Origin: Lingula anatina
Lineage: Eukaryota; Animalia; Brachiopoda
Direction: 5' to 3'
Length of the DNA: 64,000 bases
Assembly (NCBI GenBank): GCA_051362555.1
Contig: CM120640.1
Location: 22,218,851 to 22,282,850, forward strand
In this document: positions 16,101 to 29,663 of the stretch, one piece after another
Position numbering within the stretch: position 1 is the first letter of the stretch
How the letters are laid out: each line of letters opens with the position of its first letter
Notes under the pieces: generated by a model
The model's input: the letters and a program-made list of their open reading frames with translations, nothing else
Database searches by the model: none
What the model was told of the DNA's origin: nothing
Position numbers and translations under genes: made by a program

Positions 16101-17565
16101 AGGTCTAGTGAGCAAACAGCACTATTGTAATCTGGTCATTAGCATTATGTGTTATCGTGTAATTCAACCATATTGAAAATAACGTGAATCTAAATGAATA
16201 AAATGTTATATCAACAAGGATTTGCCACAGCATGGCGGATTATACTGCCTTACAGCATATTATCAAGACTGTTCATCAAAAGTATGATAAATCTCCAGAA
16301 AATCAGCCACAGACGCTGGTAGACTTATGCTTTGATAGTTTTAGCGCCTTGACAAAAGCATTTTACACAGCGTTTACTCAAGCAGAAGCCTGAACACAAA
16401 CACACCAACAACAAATTATTCTAAACCATTTGGCACTGAAAGGAACACAAGGGACCCTTAAAAGTTGGTCACAATAAAGGTCTCCACAAATGTGGCTTCC
16501 TGTATAACCAGCCTGCCTCTGCAGTCACCAGTCACCAAACAGTTAATGCAATGTTTGTGAAGAAATATTTGACAAATTTTCAAACAAGTATTCCATTTAC
16601 CTAAGACAAGGGAGACCTGGTTGGAGAAAAGACAACCAATCAAATTGTAACCCTGTTCAAACTCTGTCTGTATTTTTAATATTTCACCGTAATCCTGTGA
16701 TGGTTTTCCACTGTAAGAAGAGAAGCCTCAGCAAACAGCCTTATGTGTGACATGTTTGCTTATTCCCTGGGGTGAAGATTTGGGCAGGGAAAAAGTATTG
16801 GTTACCTGTTCTTCTTTACATCTTCAGTTTGTTGGATATATTGAGGGATCTTGTGCACATTTAGGAGACAAATAAAATTGTTTATATCTTAAAGGTTAAA
16901 AACACATATCTGTGATAAAAATATTATAAAAAAATTATTTCGTGAATTGAAAGTGCCTTATAAAAATATCTTGTGGGTAAAACGGACTTGATTTTCCTTT
17001 CACATGTTTAATTAAAACTCTGATTTTGTACATTTATATTTTTCTTTTGTATTTTATATTCAACTTGTGACTGCCATTAATAGCACCTTAAGTGGTAACA
17101 TGTTGCTATTCCGAATTAAACAAAATACATATGTAAAATGAAAACAAAGTAACCAGATTTTTTAATGCACTGAAAAATCTATAAAATTTTCCTTTGCTGT
17201 ACTTTCAGTCGGATTAGAAATCCTCATCTTTTTACCCTCATTCAATGGGGAAGATCTTATCATTTCACTGTGGGGAAATCCCAAGCGCGAGTGCCGCTCA
17301 GTGTTTACAAGCGAGATAAATATTTCACCTAAACTCGATTAGCGCCAGGTAAACTTGGTCAAAGAGGCCAGGAATCAAACATGCATTATCAAGTAATACG
17401 ATTTCGATCGCTGCGATATAGTTACCAACAGTAGTGGTAGTGACAGTTTCTTTTAACCTTTAAACTACATTAACACTGCGACAAAATGGGTCAAAACTCG
17501 CACTGCTTTTCTAGTACATTTCATGACTGACAATCTGAGAGAACGATCAAACAACTCCAACATAC

Positions 17566-17651
17566 CTGTCATCATACGCAAAATCTGCGTCGAATGTGTT
17601 CAGGTACAGCAGCAAAGCCACTGCACATGGTAAAGCCAATTTCTTCTCCAT
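17566..17651 (-). CDS. TMTC2: TMTC2 (protein O-mannosyltransferase) coding exon 1
   Basis: Reads MEKKLALPCAVALLLYLNTFDADFAYDD + AG, then a GTATGT donor. Matches the TMTC2 N-terminus (LYLNT..ADF.YDDS) as recalled. An in-frame upstream ATG at 17744 could add 31 aa. Confidence 0.9.
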
Positions 17652-17749
17652 CCTACCATTCTCGGCACTTTTCCAGTCAGTCCATCCTCTCCAACGTGCC
17701 TGCTCAATGAATGACCTACTACGCAGCCTCATACATGTTTTCATATGTA

Positions 17750-18060
17750 AATCCGGGCACTTGCAATCAATTACGCGTGCGCTGTCTCGGCGTGGATTTG
17801 TTTACATTCGGCTTTTGTCATGCTGAAGAAAATAAACTCCTCGCGCTAATAGCCTTGAAATTAGCTCTGTTGTAACTGTCGATATTTGACTACCACTGGC
17901 TTTATGAAGACGTTTGTGCAATATTTATTGACCACTCCACCATACAAGGTTTCCCGTCAGTCGATTTTTGTGAGTTTGTTAGTTGAGTTAACAGACGCAC
18001 CTTAGTCGGTCACCGCTCTCTTGGAAATGACCCAAAATATGCGCCTTATCGTCAACTGGC
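17750..18060 (-). promoter_or_regulatory. Probable TMTC2 promoter/5' UTR region
   Basis: Lies directly upstream of exon 1 and is visibly richer in CpG than the intron. The transcription start was not determined. Confidence 0.45.
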
Positions 18061-20369
18061 CTACAGTGGAAGTAAAACAGTTTATACAAATTATTTCATT
18101 AATTAAGCGATAAATAAAATATTTTATCAACAAACAAATAAAAATATAATAAAACAATTTGCGAGGTTCACTGATCCATTAGCTTTCATTTTTCAATTAT
18201 GAAAAAAAAAGCATGGGTGTTATAACGAAATAAAGGGAAAAACAATTTAAAGTAGTCTCCATGGATCAAGTGAAACATACATTTAAATAATTTAAAAAAT
18301 CTACGAACGAACATGCTTATCTGACTGATTTTTAAACTCATGAGACTTATAAAAAATCAAAGTAGCTATAAAGCCGATGAAAAAGGACACCTTGTTGATG
18401 TTAAAATGCCGTAAGCAAGGGTCCTGTTATTGTCAGTTTCTTTGACTCTTGACTGCATTTGTCCTCCAGTTTCTTCGAGGTAAAATTGAACATAAAAGAA
18501 ACTAGCTGGTGGCCGTTGGTACAGTGCTATTTGCCGCGCTTGACTGTTTCACTTGTGCCTCAAGAAGTGGAGTAATTCATTTATAAATGCCCATCCCCGC
18601 AGGTAAAGGTTTAAGTTCCCCGGCAAGCGTTTATTGTGGGACTTACGACGGTTATTTTTTGGCACATTCGTTCCGCTCCGCCTCCCTCATACTCAAGGTG
18701 TCAACAGACTGTGGACTGATTGGTGAAAATAGAGACGGGCTATTATTGCCATTATCTTCACAGCCACAAGCTATGCCCACCAATCATTTTTATTGTTCAA
18801 ATACAAAGCTCGGTGAGATATGACTCGTCAACAGAAGGACGTGATTACATTTATTTCTGGGGGGAAATAGTTTTAATGAAACTTAAGAAACCATCCTCTC
18901 CGCATTTGTTATATCAAGTCGGCGACGACGCAAAAATCTTACCTTTGCGTTCGCTGAATATTTCACGAATAAAATGTATCTCAAACTACCGCTTGATACC
19001 ATCATTTATCTTTTTTTCATATTCAGCCCTATGTGATGCACCTCAATAACTCGCCGTATGCGGTATATGCAGTTTTATGTCGCATATTTTTTCTTTCGTG
19101 ATGCCAAAGTTTCTAAACGAATCGCTCTTCGTTTGTTTCATTTATTACTCGCAACAGCGTAATAATCGCGAAACAGGCGAAAGAAAAATAACACAAACTG
19201 CGTGAGAAAAGATCAGAAGTCGCCGTCATTGCCAATTTTTGAAGCTTCAACAAGACCCTAAATTGTTTGGAGATGATTAACAGGCCATCAGGCAGAAGTT
19301 AACGATTTATTTCCAAAAGAAACATGGTAGATGCATCCAGCTGAAAAGCATGTTAATCCATATGCAAAACAAAATCAGTAAGGGTAAACAGAAGTAGTGA
19401 CCAAGAAGCTTCAAGCACCTAATTTGTGCACGCAAACAGAACTCTTGTAGATAACGTCTGGGAAAGAGTTAGTCGCTACTACAGGCTTCGAAGAATTTCT
19501 ACTAGACACCGCTCATTTCCGACCAAATTCTTGAAAATTGTCTACGGATGTCCTCTTCTGAGAATGAAATTAATTTTAGATAGATCGAAACAAAGAGAAT
19601 ACGAGCAATTCAACAAATGTGTCCCAATGTTATTGTCATTTCTAAATTGTATTAGGTACATATTTTCTTTGCCTTAGGTTTGACAAAGCGAGATAACGGG
19701 AAATGGTTTCGATCTCATTGTCAAATTGCGCGCAAAGACTTATATCAAAGACTTTTAATTTCGAAAACTCCACAAAATTTCCATCTCCCGTGATCTGCCT
19801 CGTCACCGAATGCCGCCTCCCACAAAGTATCTAGAAATAAAAGAACCTTTTGTAAACAAATGATAAAATGAAATTTCACATAAAAAGCACATTCTGTAAA
19901 TAAGCCTGAAGAAACACAAAATAACGTAAACGGTTAACAAAAGGTATATCCCTAATTTCGCTGAAGAAGAAAAGGGGCGGCTGAGACGATATCACGATAG
20001 ATCCTGTCTAAAGAATGCACATTATCCTAAACGCAACCCCAAAATGATCTCCGTTGCTCTACGTAGTACATTTCCATTCTCTTTAATAGACAGAGAGCAT
20101 CATATTAAAACTATCACTTTCCCCATCCCATTAAAACATAGGGAAGGAAACTTAAATTGCCATTATCTTAACAAAGGCATCTCTTTATATCCGACTAAAA
20201 GTGACAAAAGATAAAAAGTGGCAGATACTTTAACGGTATTTCGATTTGTGTTTTAACACAAGACTGCCGAAGCGAACTCGGCTGGAAACTCCGGGAGTCC
20301 AAATGCATGTCAAATTAAAAAAGTAAAACGCAGGTAAATCATCAGTCTGGCGCCCAAAGAAGACTTTAA

Positions 20370-20526
20370 AGTCCGTAGTATTGTAAAGAACTAATAACGT
20401 TTATTACTTATCCCAGTCTACGGTCTTCGATTTTTTAAACTACTTGGCAGCCTATTACCCCCGTCGGGAAAATATTTTTTTCTATTATGAAATCTTAACG
20501 TTTTTGATCTTTTTGAAGACCCGACT
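20370..20526. mobile_element. Degenerate TTAA-flanked MITE (Kolobok-like AG...CT ends)
   Basis: TTAA|AGTCCG...CCGACT|TTAA with decayed inverted arms of about 35 bp (..AAAGAACTAATAACGTT against AACGTTTTTGATCTTTT..). Confidence 0.5.
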
Positions 20527-21146
20527 TTAAAGAATTATATTTCTAAATAAAAGCACTGCATCAGCCACAAACCCTGTCTCTTCAAAGAACTCCGCTCAAA
20601 TATAAAAAATGTGCCTCATAATTATTTCCTCATAAAATGGATAATTCACGTAAAATAGATTTTTTGCGAACAATACCTAGTATGGATTATTTGAAACCCA
20701 AACGATATTCAGGTAAACTCCATCTTAAATACATAAATAAAACAGTAAAAATCTTTCCCCAAAATGATCAAATTGCCAGGAAAACGCCAATTAGATTTTA
20801 TTTCATTTTGACTTTAATCTTTTAACAGTAGAACATACGCTTGCATTGCTGCAGTTACAGGACATTCTTCCCTATTTTACTTGGCCTAAAAATAGGGGAA
20901 TTAAAGATTTTTTGCACAGGAGAGTAAATTTCGCTCTCTGGTTAGATGGAATAATAACATAATGACATTAATAAGCTTTTTAACTCGTCAAAATCCCGAA
21001 GGACAGCTGGCAAGAATGGATTTTTTACACTGATAAAAATCCACAAATTATCCAAACAGTCAGAAAATGATCGATTTTACCGCTGAGAGATGGGTGCAAA
21101 ACTCCCAAATATTGGCGATGAAGCAAGAAAAATTAACTAAACAAAT

Positions 21147-21152
21147 TTTATT
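21147..21152 (-). terminator. Candidate PYROXD1 poly(A) signal (AATAAA); an alternative lies at 21466-21471
   Basis: AATAAA on the - strand about 420 nt past the stop codon, close to where CpG depletion visibly ends. Confidence 0.4.
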
Positions 21153-21572
21153 TTTAAAATTGTAAGGTTAAAATTTAAAGAGCTAGCATAATGCTTCATA
21201 AATATATTGCATATATATTATAATTGGCAATATTCTGCACTGTGAGTGTCTGAACCAATTTAAATACCTGCTTTTTGAAAAAGTTCTACCGATAAGGCTG
21301 TGTCTAGACACATCAATTTGGCAGCATGGTAAATACTGTCCAGGAAAACTGGCTTTTAACATGTCAAATATCAAAATAAATTAGTAATTGGTAGCAAATA
21401 AGTATATATCACAGGCCTGGCAGGTTCCAGTTTTGAGCACATGGGAAAATATAGGTGAAAAGTTATTTATTCATATTTCCATTATGATCTAAATTTGGCT
21501 TCAAGTCAAGGATTTAATAAAATTGCACAGCTGAATAATTGAAGGTGGTGTCAGTATTCCTCCACAGCTGCT

Positions 21573-21748
21573 TCAGTCAAAGTAATCTTCAATGTCAATA
21601 TCTGGGCTTAACAGATCCTCTCCATATTGACTGAGATCCATCTGGTTGAGAATGAGGTTTTCAAAAGTTTCTTCCAAATCTGTCTCCCCTATCAATATGG
21701 CACCTTGCATCCTTCCGTCCTTCATAACTGTCTTTACATACTCATGCC
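21573..21748 (-). CDS. PYROXD1: PYROXD1 coding exon 14 (last)
   Basis: [57 protein letters not shown]-stop. The 14 exons sum to 1497 nt, an uninterrupted 498-aa frame. Confidence 0.96.
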
Positions 21749-24700
21749 CTAGAAAAATAATTGAATACAGTTAGATCAATGAGAACTGAAAGAAACATAA
21801 AAATCGTGTAGTTTTTTTTTAATTGACATGTTTCATAAAAGGGCATGGAATATTTACAAATAAAATTGTCATTACAGTGTTAGGACTAACAACTATCATA
21901 CATCAGAAATACATAAATTTATTTGTAAAGGAAATAAATATTTTAAAATGTTCAAACTGGAATAACAGAGAAATTGACAGAAGAAACTTTTATGCAGGGA
22001 TATCTTCCAATATTTACAAATGGCTTATGGATTATTTGAACAGACAGCAACACGCTATGCAGTGTTCCATAATCTTGATGGTGTTTTACAACAGCAAGCA
22101 GACGTTAGTCAATTTGGCAAACATGATTAGGCATTGGTAGCGTGTCTAATATCTACTTGAGTTATCATTTTAATCATTCCTTGGCATGCCACTGAACCGA
22201 TAACTTGAGGTTAAATCCAACCAAAGTAGTTTTGCTCCAAACAATCGTGATCTCCAATCTCGGGTTTGGCCAGGGGTAACCAAAGCAAAACAGGACACAA
22301 TTCCCCTTCAGACAATATTTCTTTCAAATATTAAGCGTGCTTGTGCATTACAGGATCTTGTTGTAAAACCTACTCATATTTGCATTTTACAAAGTTTTAC
22401 TAGTTTCAGACAAATTATAAGTTATTCAAAATGTGATTTATTTTGTAACAAATCAAGGTTACTTGCCCAAAGTGTGAACACTAGGAAGCCATAATGGTTA
22501 CTTTCTTAATTTCATATAAAGCATTTATCATTATCAATTCATTACCTATTATCATTATCATCAATTCATAAGAAATAAAAGTTTCTATTTCATATCAAAA
22601 CCACAAGAATATAATATAATGCATGATTATGCATTAGATCTAAATTATATTATTAAGTACCCTTATTGATTTTTTCACTATGCATCAGATGCTATGTACA
22701 GTAACCAAAATACAGTCAATACAATTCACAAACTAACATTTGTAAGTATCTGTTTTTATTAGATATCAGACGCTATCGTCAAGTACAATGTTTGTGCTCC
22801 AGCCAAAAAATCTGAAAATAAAGTGTCAGTGGAAGGGGAAGTTGATGGGGTGTGTGAATATCCCAAGACAGGAGTATATCAAAACAACTGAAGATAAAAC
22901 ATAAAAAAGACAACAATAGAGATGATTGATGATTTAAAAAAGTGTCAGCTTATATCACTAAGACATAAAAGGCAAAACTCTGATGTAAGCAAGTCAATCA
23001 AAAGATGCCAAGACAATAATTTTTTTTGGTTAAGGAATGGTTTTCGAAATCAATGTAAGCCCGTCTGCACAGATAATTATTAATACACACTAAAAATATA
23101 AAATAAACAAAATCCAAGTATACCTCCTCTCCCATATTCTTTTCCTTATCTTACAATATATATTTGAGAATATTAACTGATGGAAAAAAGAAATGTCCTT
23201 ATCATCACCATCGTCACTATTGAATTGATTATAAAAAGCCATTCAGTGAGAGGCCAATAATAAAAGTTAGGATAAAGGGAAAAGTTTGTAATGACACCTT
23301 CTTTCAAATGAAAGAGCCACTAAATGGCGACACAACAGAGTGGTTACAAAGAGCTTGCATTGATTCCATGTGGGTAGAAAGAAGTACAGTCAAGCTCATA
23401 TCTTTAATATTTTGAAACAGTTTTAATTTGGAGAAGCCTGAATTAATGTTATCAATTAAATGGAAAGAAAGAGGTCTTGAAATAGTGCATACAAGGACTG
23501 GATGTATTTGCACTGTGTAAAGATACAGTCATGCATTGCACAATGGCCATGGTAAAACTTGGTAAATATGTATTTATCCTGCAAAATGTTTGTCCATTTT
23601 CCATACCTCAGATTGCACCACATTTGGCTGTCACCTTGATTGATGTACAAATCCATTATCATATAACATAAATTTTGCCACTCAAGATTTCCATATTAAG
23701 TAGTACATAGCTGTTTTTATGAAACTGATTCACATACACTTTATCAATTTTTATCATTCAGTTTTGCACTGTGGTAGCCAAGTGTGGCATAACACAGATG
23801 ACATATCAAAGTCAAATACTTGTTATCAATCCCAAGAGATAAACTGTCAAGTAAAAAAAAACCTGCCCCTATAATTTCACATGTACCCAAGTCTGCATAT
23901 TTTAAATGTCAGGTCATCTTTAGGAAAAATAAAAATTATCCTTGACATCCAAACTTCTATTGTCACCACTGGCCTGTCAGTGCTGCCACAGTGTCAAAAT
24001 GAGGAACTATTTATTAAGCTTCCTGCATCTCAAAACTGCCAGGGCCACAATGAAAAGATCAGATGATGGAAAAAAAATACTTTTAATTCCTTGACAAAAG
24101 CAATTTGAATGCAGTGTCACTGAAATTTGTGAAATTATATAAAGTGTCCCTTTTTTATAGATTTAAAAACCAAAATAAAAGCTACCTTTGTAGAAACGCA
24201 GTATTTTTTAAATGTATACAAGAGTACTTCATCAAAATAATTACGATTCAATATCATAATAACATTAGTAGCAGTGTAATGAAATGAAGCAGAACTTGTA
24301 TCTCATGGAAAAAAAATTGATTTACTCTATTCAAAAATGGAAAAGCAATATTATTACATTATGTAGTATATAAAACAACAAGGTCCTATTCATAAACTTC
24401 AAAAGTTTAATTTGGAAAGAATTCTGGAAATATTTAATTTTTTTCTCATGAGCAACATTTTAAACTATTGTTATCAAAGGGGTGGCCCTGCTCTTTGAAC
24501 TTGGATGCTTCTTGATTTCAAGGATGTTTATAAACTTTTCCAGATCTTTCAGTACTAGAAGGTGCTAATGATCTTCTTGAAAATGATAGGTTTTTAAGCT
24601 AAACCTAATTGTTGTTAATTTCTTCTTAGAACAAAGAGTACACGAGAAGGCCCCAGAGAAAACAAACCACTCTCACATATTCGGACTCTCTTGTTAAATC

Positions 24701-25157
24701 TTGGAAGTCACACCAATCACATTTCTTCCTTTAATGATTCAAAACAAAGGTGTATCTTATTTTTTATCATTTTTTAAAATTGTCTCCTTTCACGAACCTT
24801 AAAACTGTCACCAGTGATAGAATTTGCATTATATAAAAACATCTATGTCTCCCCCGTAAAACAGGTATTTACTAGTCTCTAGGGCTCACCTCTCAGTCTT
24901 AGTTATCAAAATTTGTATGAAATCTACATATTAGTCACTAAGTGTTCATTTCAGATTAAAAATATTCCCTAAAAATCAATTTCAATCTTTTAATGCCAAG
25001 TATGAAATAAAATGAAAATAAAAAGGGATTTTAGGTGGATTTAATCTATATTTCTAGCCCTGTTTATATCTATAGTTAAATCATGTTGCACTTAATAAAA
25101 TACCAGCTATAATATGTTCCAGTTGGAATTTCATAAATAATTTACAAGTTCACCCAC

Positions 25158-25230
25158 CTTTTGTTACTCTGAGCAGTAACTCATAATCATCTCCCAGACC
25201 TTGGGCATTGAACCTTCCCAGCAAAATTAC
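25158..25230 (-). CDS. PYROXD1: PYROXD1 coding exon 13
   Basis: [24 protein letters not shown]; acceptor TTACAG, donor GTGGGT. Confidence 0.94.
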
Positions 25231-26955
25231 CTGTAACAGAACATGTGCTCATTACATAGGAATGTGTCAAGAACCATTCTTACACAGATGGTGTACACCC
25301 CAGAACACAATGATGAATTGGTGTCATAATTTGTTGAATATTGCTTACTTGAAAAGAGAATTGAAAGCTTTATACCTTACACATGTGAATATGAATTTTT
25401 AAGGTTTAAAATTGGAATAATCTTGATATAACCTTAAAATTGGTGAGGTGACTTTGCCCTGGGTAAGACATATCTATGTTGAGCATATTTTGATAAGTCT
25501 GTTTTTTTCCCCAAAACAAATTCTAAAAACATCCATGAGAAGGCCAAAAGCACTCTAACTAATTTCAGATCTTGCTTTGGTATTTGATATAAAAACAGGC
25601 AGTTGGTCCATTTAAAGAAAAGAGCAAAAACACATTTGGTGTCAGCTGAATCCAGTCCATGCAGGGCTATAAACAAACTGTAAATTAAATTTCAAACAAG
25701 AACTGGTCTGCCAGGTCAAGGGTGGGGCTTGTGTTGAAAGAAGGCTGTTGACTGTATTCTGGTGATTTCTTTTCATTCCATGCATTATACATATGACATG
25801 TTATAGTAATTTTCATATGTACTGCTTTAAATTTTCTGGAGCAACAAAACTTTCTCAAAGATTGAAAAAACATATAACCAAAAACATTTATGTTAACAGT
25901 AACATTACATCCATTGCTCTGTATCATGGTTTCTCTCACATAACTAGATACATAATGATAAGGAGAACAAGCCCGGTAAAGCTGAAATATGGACAGATAA
26001 CATTTGATAGCGTTATTCTTAAGAGTGACAAAATAATACCTCAAACTTGTATAGTAAATGCTGGGTTAAAATGATTGAAAGCATTGTTGGCTGTATCTCG
26101 GTCCAATGGATCGTCCACGCAAATTTAAGAATTATAAGTAACACAGTTTTTCTTTTAAAGTGTTTATGATGAAATTGCACAAAATAGAATTTTATGTAAT
26201 ATAACATAATGCCAAACAGTGCAATCAATATCATTTCTAATTATGTACTACTGTTACTGTGGGCATTCAGAAAATGTATCTAGTACAGGGCTTTAGACTC
26301 ATGCAAGTTAAAAGTCACACCTAAAAAATGCCAATGTGTAAAAAGAGAAAAATTCACAGAAACCTTAACTTCAGGAAAATTAATCTAATCTGGTTCAAAA
26401 ATGAGCCGTATTTTACTGCTAAGAATCATTTTTGTAAGTTTGAGAAGATGAAGTAACATGAATTTCTTATTATAGTGCTTACAAGGGAAAGTGTGCAGCA
26501 ATGGCACTGCTTATTGGTGATGACAAATGCTATAAAAATGTCCATAAAATAATTTTAGATGTTCTTCTCGCTGCAAATGAAAATGCATGGAATGAAACTT
26601 TTTGGAAACAGTCAACATATCCACACCATGAACACAATGATACATTTATTTAATCAACTGATGTGATCTCACAATATTCAAATTTATTTGCATTTTTAAA
26701 TTTTGCAAGATTGCTGCTTATGTTTTCAACTATTTTCTCTTTATTTTTTTTCCACCATAGGTACTTTTTACTGCAATTGGCCCATTGAAAAAAATGACTG
26801 TTGCATGTGCCCAGCCGCAACACACTAAGACAAACATAGGCCAAACATAATAAAAATAACAGCAAGGATACAACAAACCTTTTTATAAGTAAACATAGAA
26901 TTGGTTTATTTCATTCTCACTTCTATCTACAAACAATTTATTCAGTGGATCTTAC

Positions 26956-27093
26956 CTTGTAGTTAAAAAACTTCGTTACATGGGTAAATAATTCAAAGCA
27001 GAAGTCCATGTGTATCTCTTCTTCCTTTGCATGTGCTTCCATACACTTGGCTGCATAGGCGCCCATCTGGCGTGCCTGAGACCACAATCTCAT
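26956..27093 (-). CDS. PYROXD1: PYROXD1 coding exon 12
   Basis: [18 protein letters not shown]...[18 protein letters not shown]; donor GTAAGA. Confidence 0.96.
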
Positions 27094-28064
27094 CTGAAAC
27101 ATGACAATGCTTTTGCAACTTTTTATATAATGCACTGATTTTGCTTGTCTCACTGGGCCCAGAACCATCATGACGACAAATGGTGTCATTGAAGTTTATC
27201 TGATGCAGATTCAATTATAAAAACAGATTTGCATTATGAAGAATGAAATGGCCATGACCGCAAAAAAAATAAAAAAAAATTGCTTATATCTGAATTTCAA
27301 GTAAAAAATTTTCATGATTCTAATTTAGACATCTGAAAAAGTCCACACCAGAAATGTTTTTGTTGAGTGTCAAGTTATTCCTTTTCAAATGAAAATTGAA
27401 ATTGAACAGGCACAGGCTAGTCGGCTATTTTTGACAAAAATGTTCTATTTTCACATAGACTTTTTTGTAGGTATCCTTTATAAAACGGAACTGAAACTCA
27501 GAAATAAAGTATATTGTTGTTAGAAAATAATAAATTACTACAAAACTATGCAAGTTATTATCAAACCATTTTGTTTTATACTAAATCATTCTGGACTGAC
27601 ACTTTTTGATAAAATGAAAATTTCAGGCAAAGTAATCAAAAAAATTATATCATAAGGGAAAAAATATTAGCAGCAAATAATCCGTGAAACTGATTGCCAC
27701 ATCAACATAACCTGATACATTCATTCAAGATTTCACAATATTTTTGTCCAAATTAGTTGTTCTGAGTAAAGTTCATTGCCATTTCTTGAAGATCTAACTG
27801 CATATTGTTTTTCACAACTATGTTTATGTCACACAAAGGCCAACAGCCATAAATTATGTTTTAGTGAAAATATGAAAAAGGAAAATAATTACTAAAATCT
27901 ACATGTTGTGAGTAACCTACCACGCCAGCCTATGAAATTGCCTCTCAAAAGAAAATGAAAGAAATTAATTTTCAAAAGAAAACAAATATTAAAATGTACA
28001 TGTTGGGAGTAGCCTATGGCGTTGTCCTCTGAAACTGCTTCTCTAAACCAGCCAGTTATCTCAC

Positions 28065-28187
28065 CTGTAGCCAATGAGGTGCAGGTTCCCATGATGCACT
28101 GCACACATCGCCTGCCGCATACACATCCTGCACACTGGTCATCATATGGTCATTGACTGAGAGACCACCATCGGAGGCAATAACAAA
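28065..28187 (-). CDS. PYROXD1: PYROXD1 coding exon 11
   Basis: FVIASDGGLSVNDHMMTSVQDVYAAGDVCSASWEPAPHWLQ contains the T-S-x-x-x-V-Y-A-A-G-D FAD motif. Confidence 0.95.
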
Positions 28188-28419
28188 CTGAAATACAAAT
28201 GAAACCATCTGGGAAAATGGCAAACCTACAGCATAAATACAGTTGATTAAAAAAAATGGACAGACTGCAAATAAATGCTATTCATATTGACAATGACAAA
28301 TGACAAATGCTCTGCATCAAGAAAACTAAAACAAATGCAAATGATTTCATACATGATTTTCAAAATCTAACACAAGGAAACTTGTTCAGATACATAGAGT
28401 TACATTGTAGTAAACAAAC

Positions 28420-28532
28420 CTGTTTGTTTTTGTTGAAGGGGTATACATTTGGTATTACGCCAGTTGCACTGACCACAAAATCACAGCCGTAAATCTGACC
28501 ATTTGTTAGTTCCACATATATGGGCCACGAAG
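28420..28532 (-). CDS. PYROXD1: PYROXD1 coding exon 10
   Basis: [37 protein letters not shown]; bounded by AG and GT. Confidence 0.94.
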
Positions 28533-28754
28533 CTGGTAAAAAAATGTTTATTACAAGTATTTAAAACTGAAAAATGTACATTACCAAAAACAATGAATAA
28601 TTATGATATACAGTAATCAACATTTTCCTATTATTAGAAAAGACAGTCTTTTAACTCACTTGGAAAGTCTCCTTTGAAGTTCAAAGAAAAGAAAAGAACA
28701 AACAAAACAGAAAGCAAGACTGGTACATTTTACATAATACTTCCCTACACTTAC

Positions 28755-28884
28755 CTTCACCACTTAAACCAGTCTCATCATTTTTGGGGAATTTTTTGGC
28801 TTGCTTTCCACTTGACTTCATCTCTTCTTGACTTAACAGCCTAGACACTTCAACTTTATATTCTACATGTATGCTGCGGCCCTC
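28755..28884 (-). CDS. PYROXD1: PYROXD1 coding exon 9
   Basis: EGRSIHVEYKVEVSRLLSQEE...GLSGE; donor GTAAGT. Confidence 0.88.
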
Positions 28885-29258
28885 CTGGCATACATAGATT
28901 TACATTTTATAATAATATATTCTTTGGTGAAAAACAATTACTCTAACAATCAAGCATCAACAAACAATATTAACCATTAAAGATTCATTTCTTAGTAGGC
29001 GCATATACAGAAAAGTCAACAATAGAAACACAGTTGTTTGGATAAAAAACTTTTTTTAATTTAGCCATTATTAATTCAACAAAAAGGCTAGTGTTTTAAG
29101 CACATTTATCAATCCCTTAAAAGATAACAATAACAGCTAACTTAAGCTTAATTTTCTGATGTTTTTTAATCACATATCAATCCCTCACAAGAAAACAATA
29201 ACATTTATTAGTGTTTTTAAGCATAACACCACACCTAAAACATGCAGTGCTAACTCAC

Positions 29259-29350
29259 CCCATACTGACCCTGCATTTCCCTGCCTTCAGTCCAGTCTGG
29301 ACCCAAGGCACCTCCTAACAGGTCTGGGGTCAGTCGAGAGATCATGGGCT
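29259..29350 (-). CDS. PYROXD1: PYROXD1 coding exon 8
   Basis: PMISRLTPDLLGGALGPDWTEGREMQGQYG has the conserved ALGPDW motif; donor GTGAGT. Confidence 0.92.
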
Positions 29351-29499
29351 CTTAAAATAGATTGATAACTCTTATAAAAAACGCAATATTTTTTCTACTA
29401 TTTCTGAAAAATCAGTAATACAGCTGAGATAAGAATGTATTAATTCTACTGATTCACAAATGCTTATCAAATCATTTCTTTTTTATGAAAATTACTTAC

Positions 29500-29663
29500 T
29501 TTCCAATGTGTACTTCATTCTTTTGGAAACACCTTCATCTTTCATTTCTGCTGGAGAGGATAAACTAGAGAGAAAGAACTCAGCAGCTCCTGCATCTACA
29601 AAGGTCTTGGTAATAGAAGCATCCTTGATGGCCCATACCACCTCACAATTTTTAATGTGGTAT
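29500..29663 (-). CDS. PYROXD1: PYROXD1 coding exon 7
   Basis: YHIKNCEVVWAIKDASITKTFVDAGAAEFF...KRMKYTLE; phases 2/1 fit the neighbouring exons. Confidence 0.93.

Noticed and set aside
25958-26158. Possible decayed TTAA-type MITE (similar hints near 16889 and 24720)
   Set aside because: The terminal matches are too weak to define TIRs.
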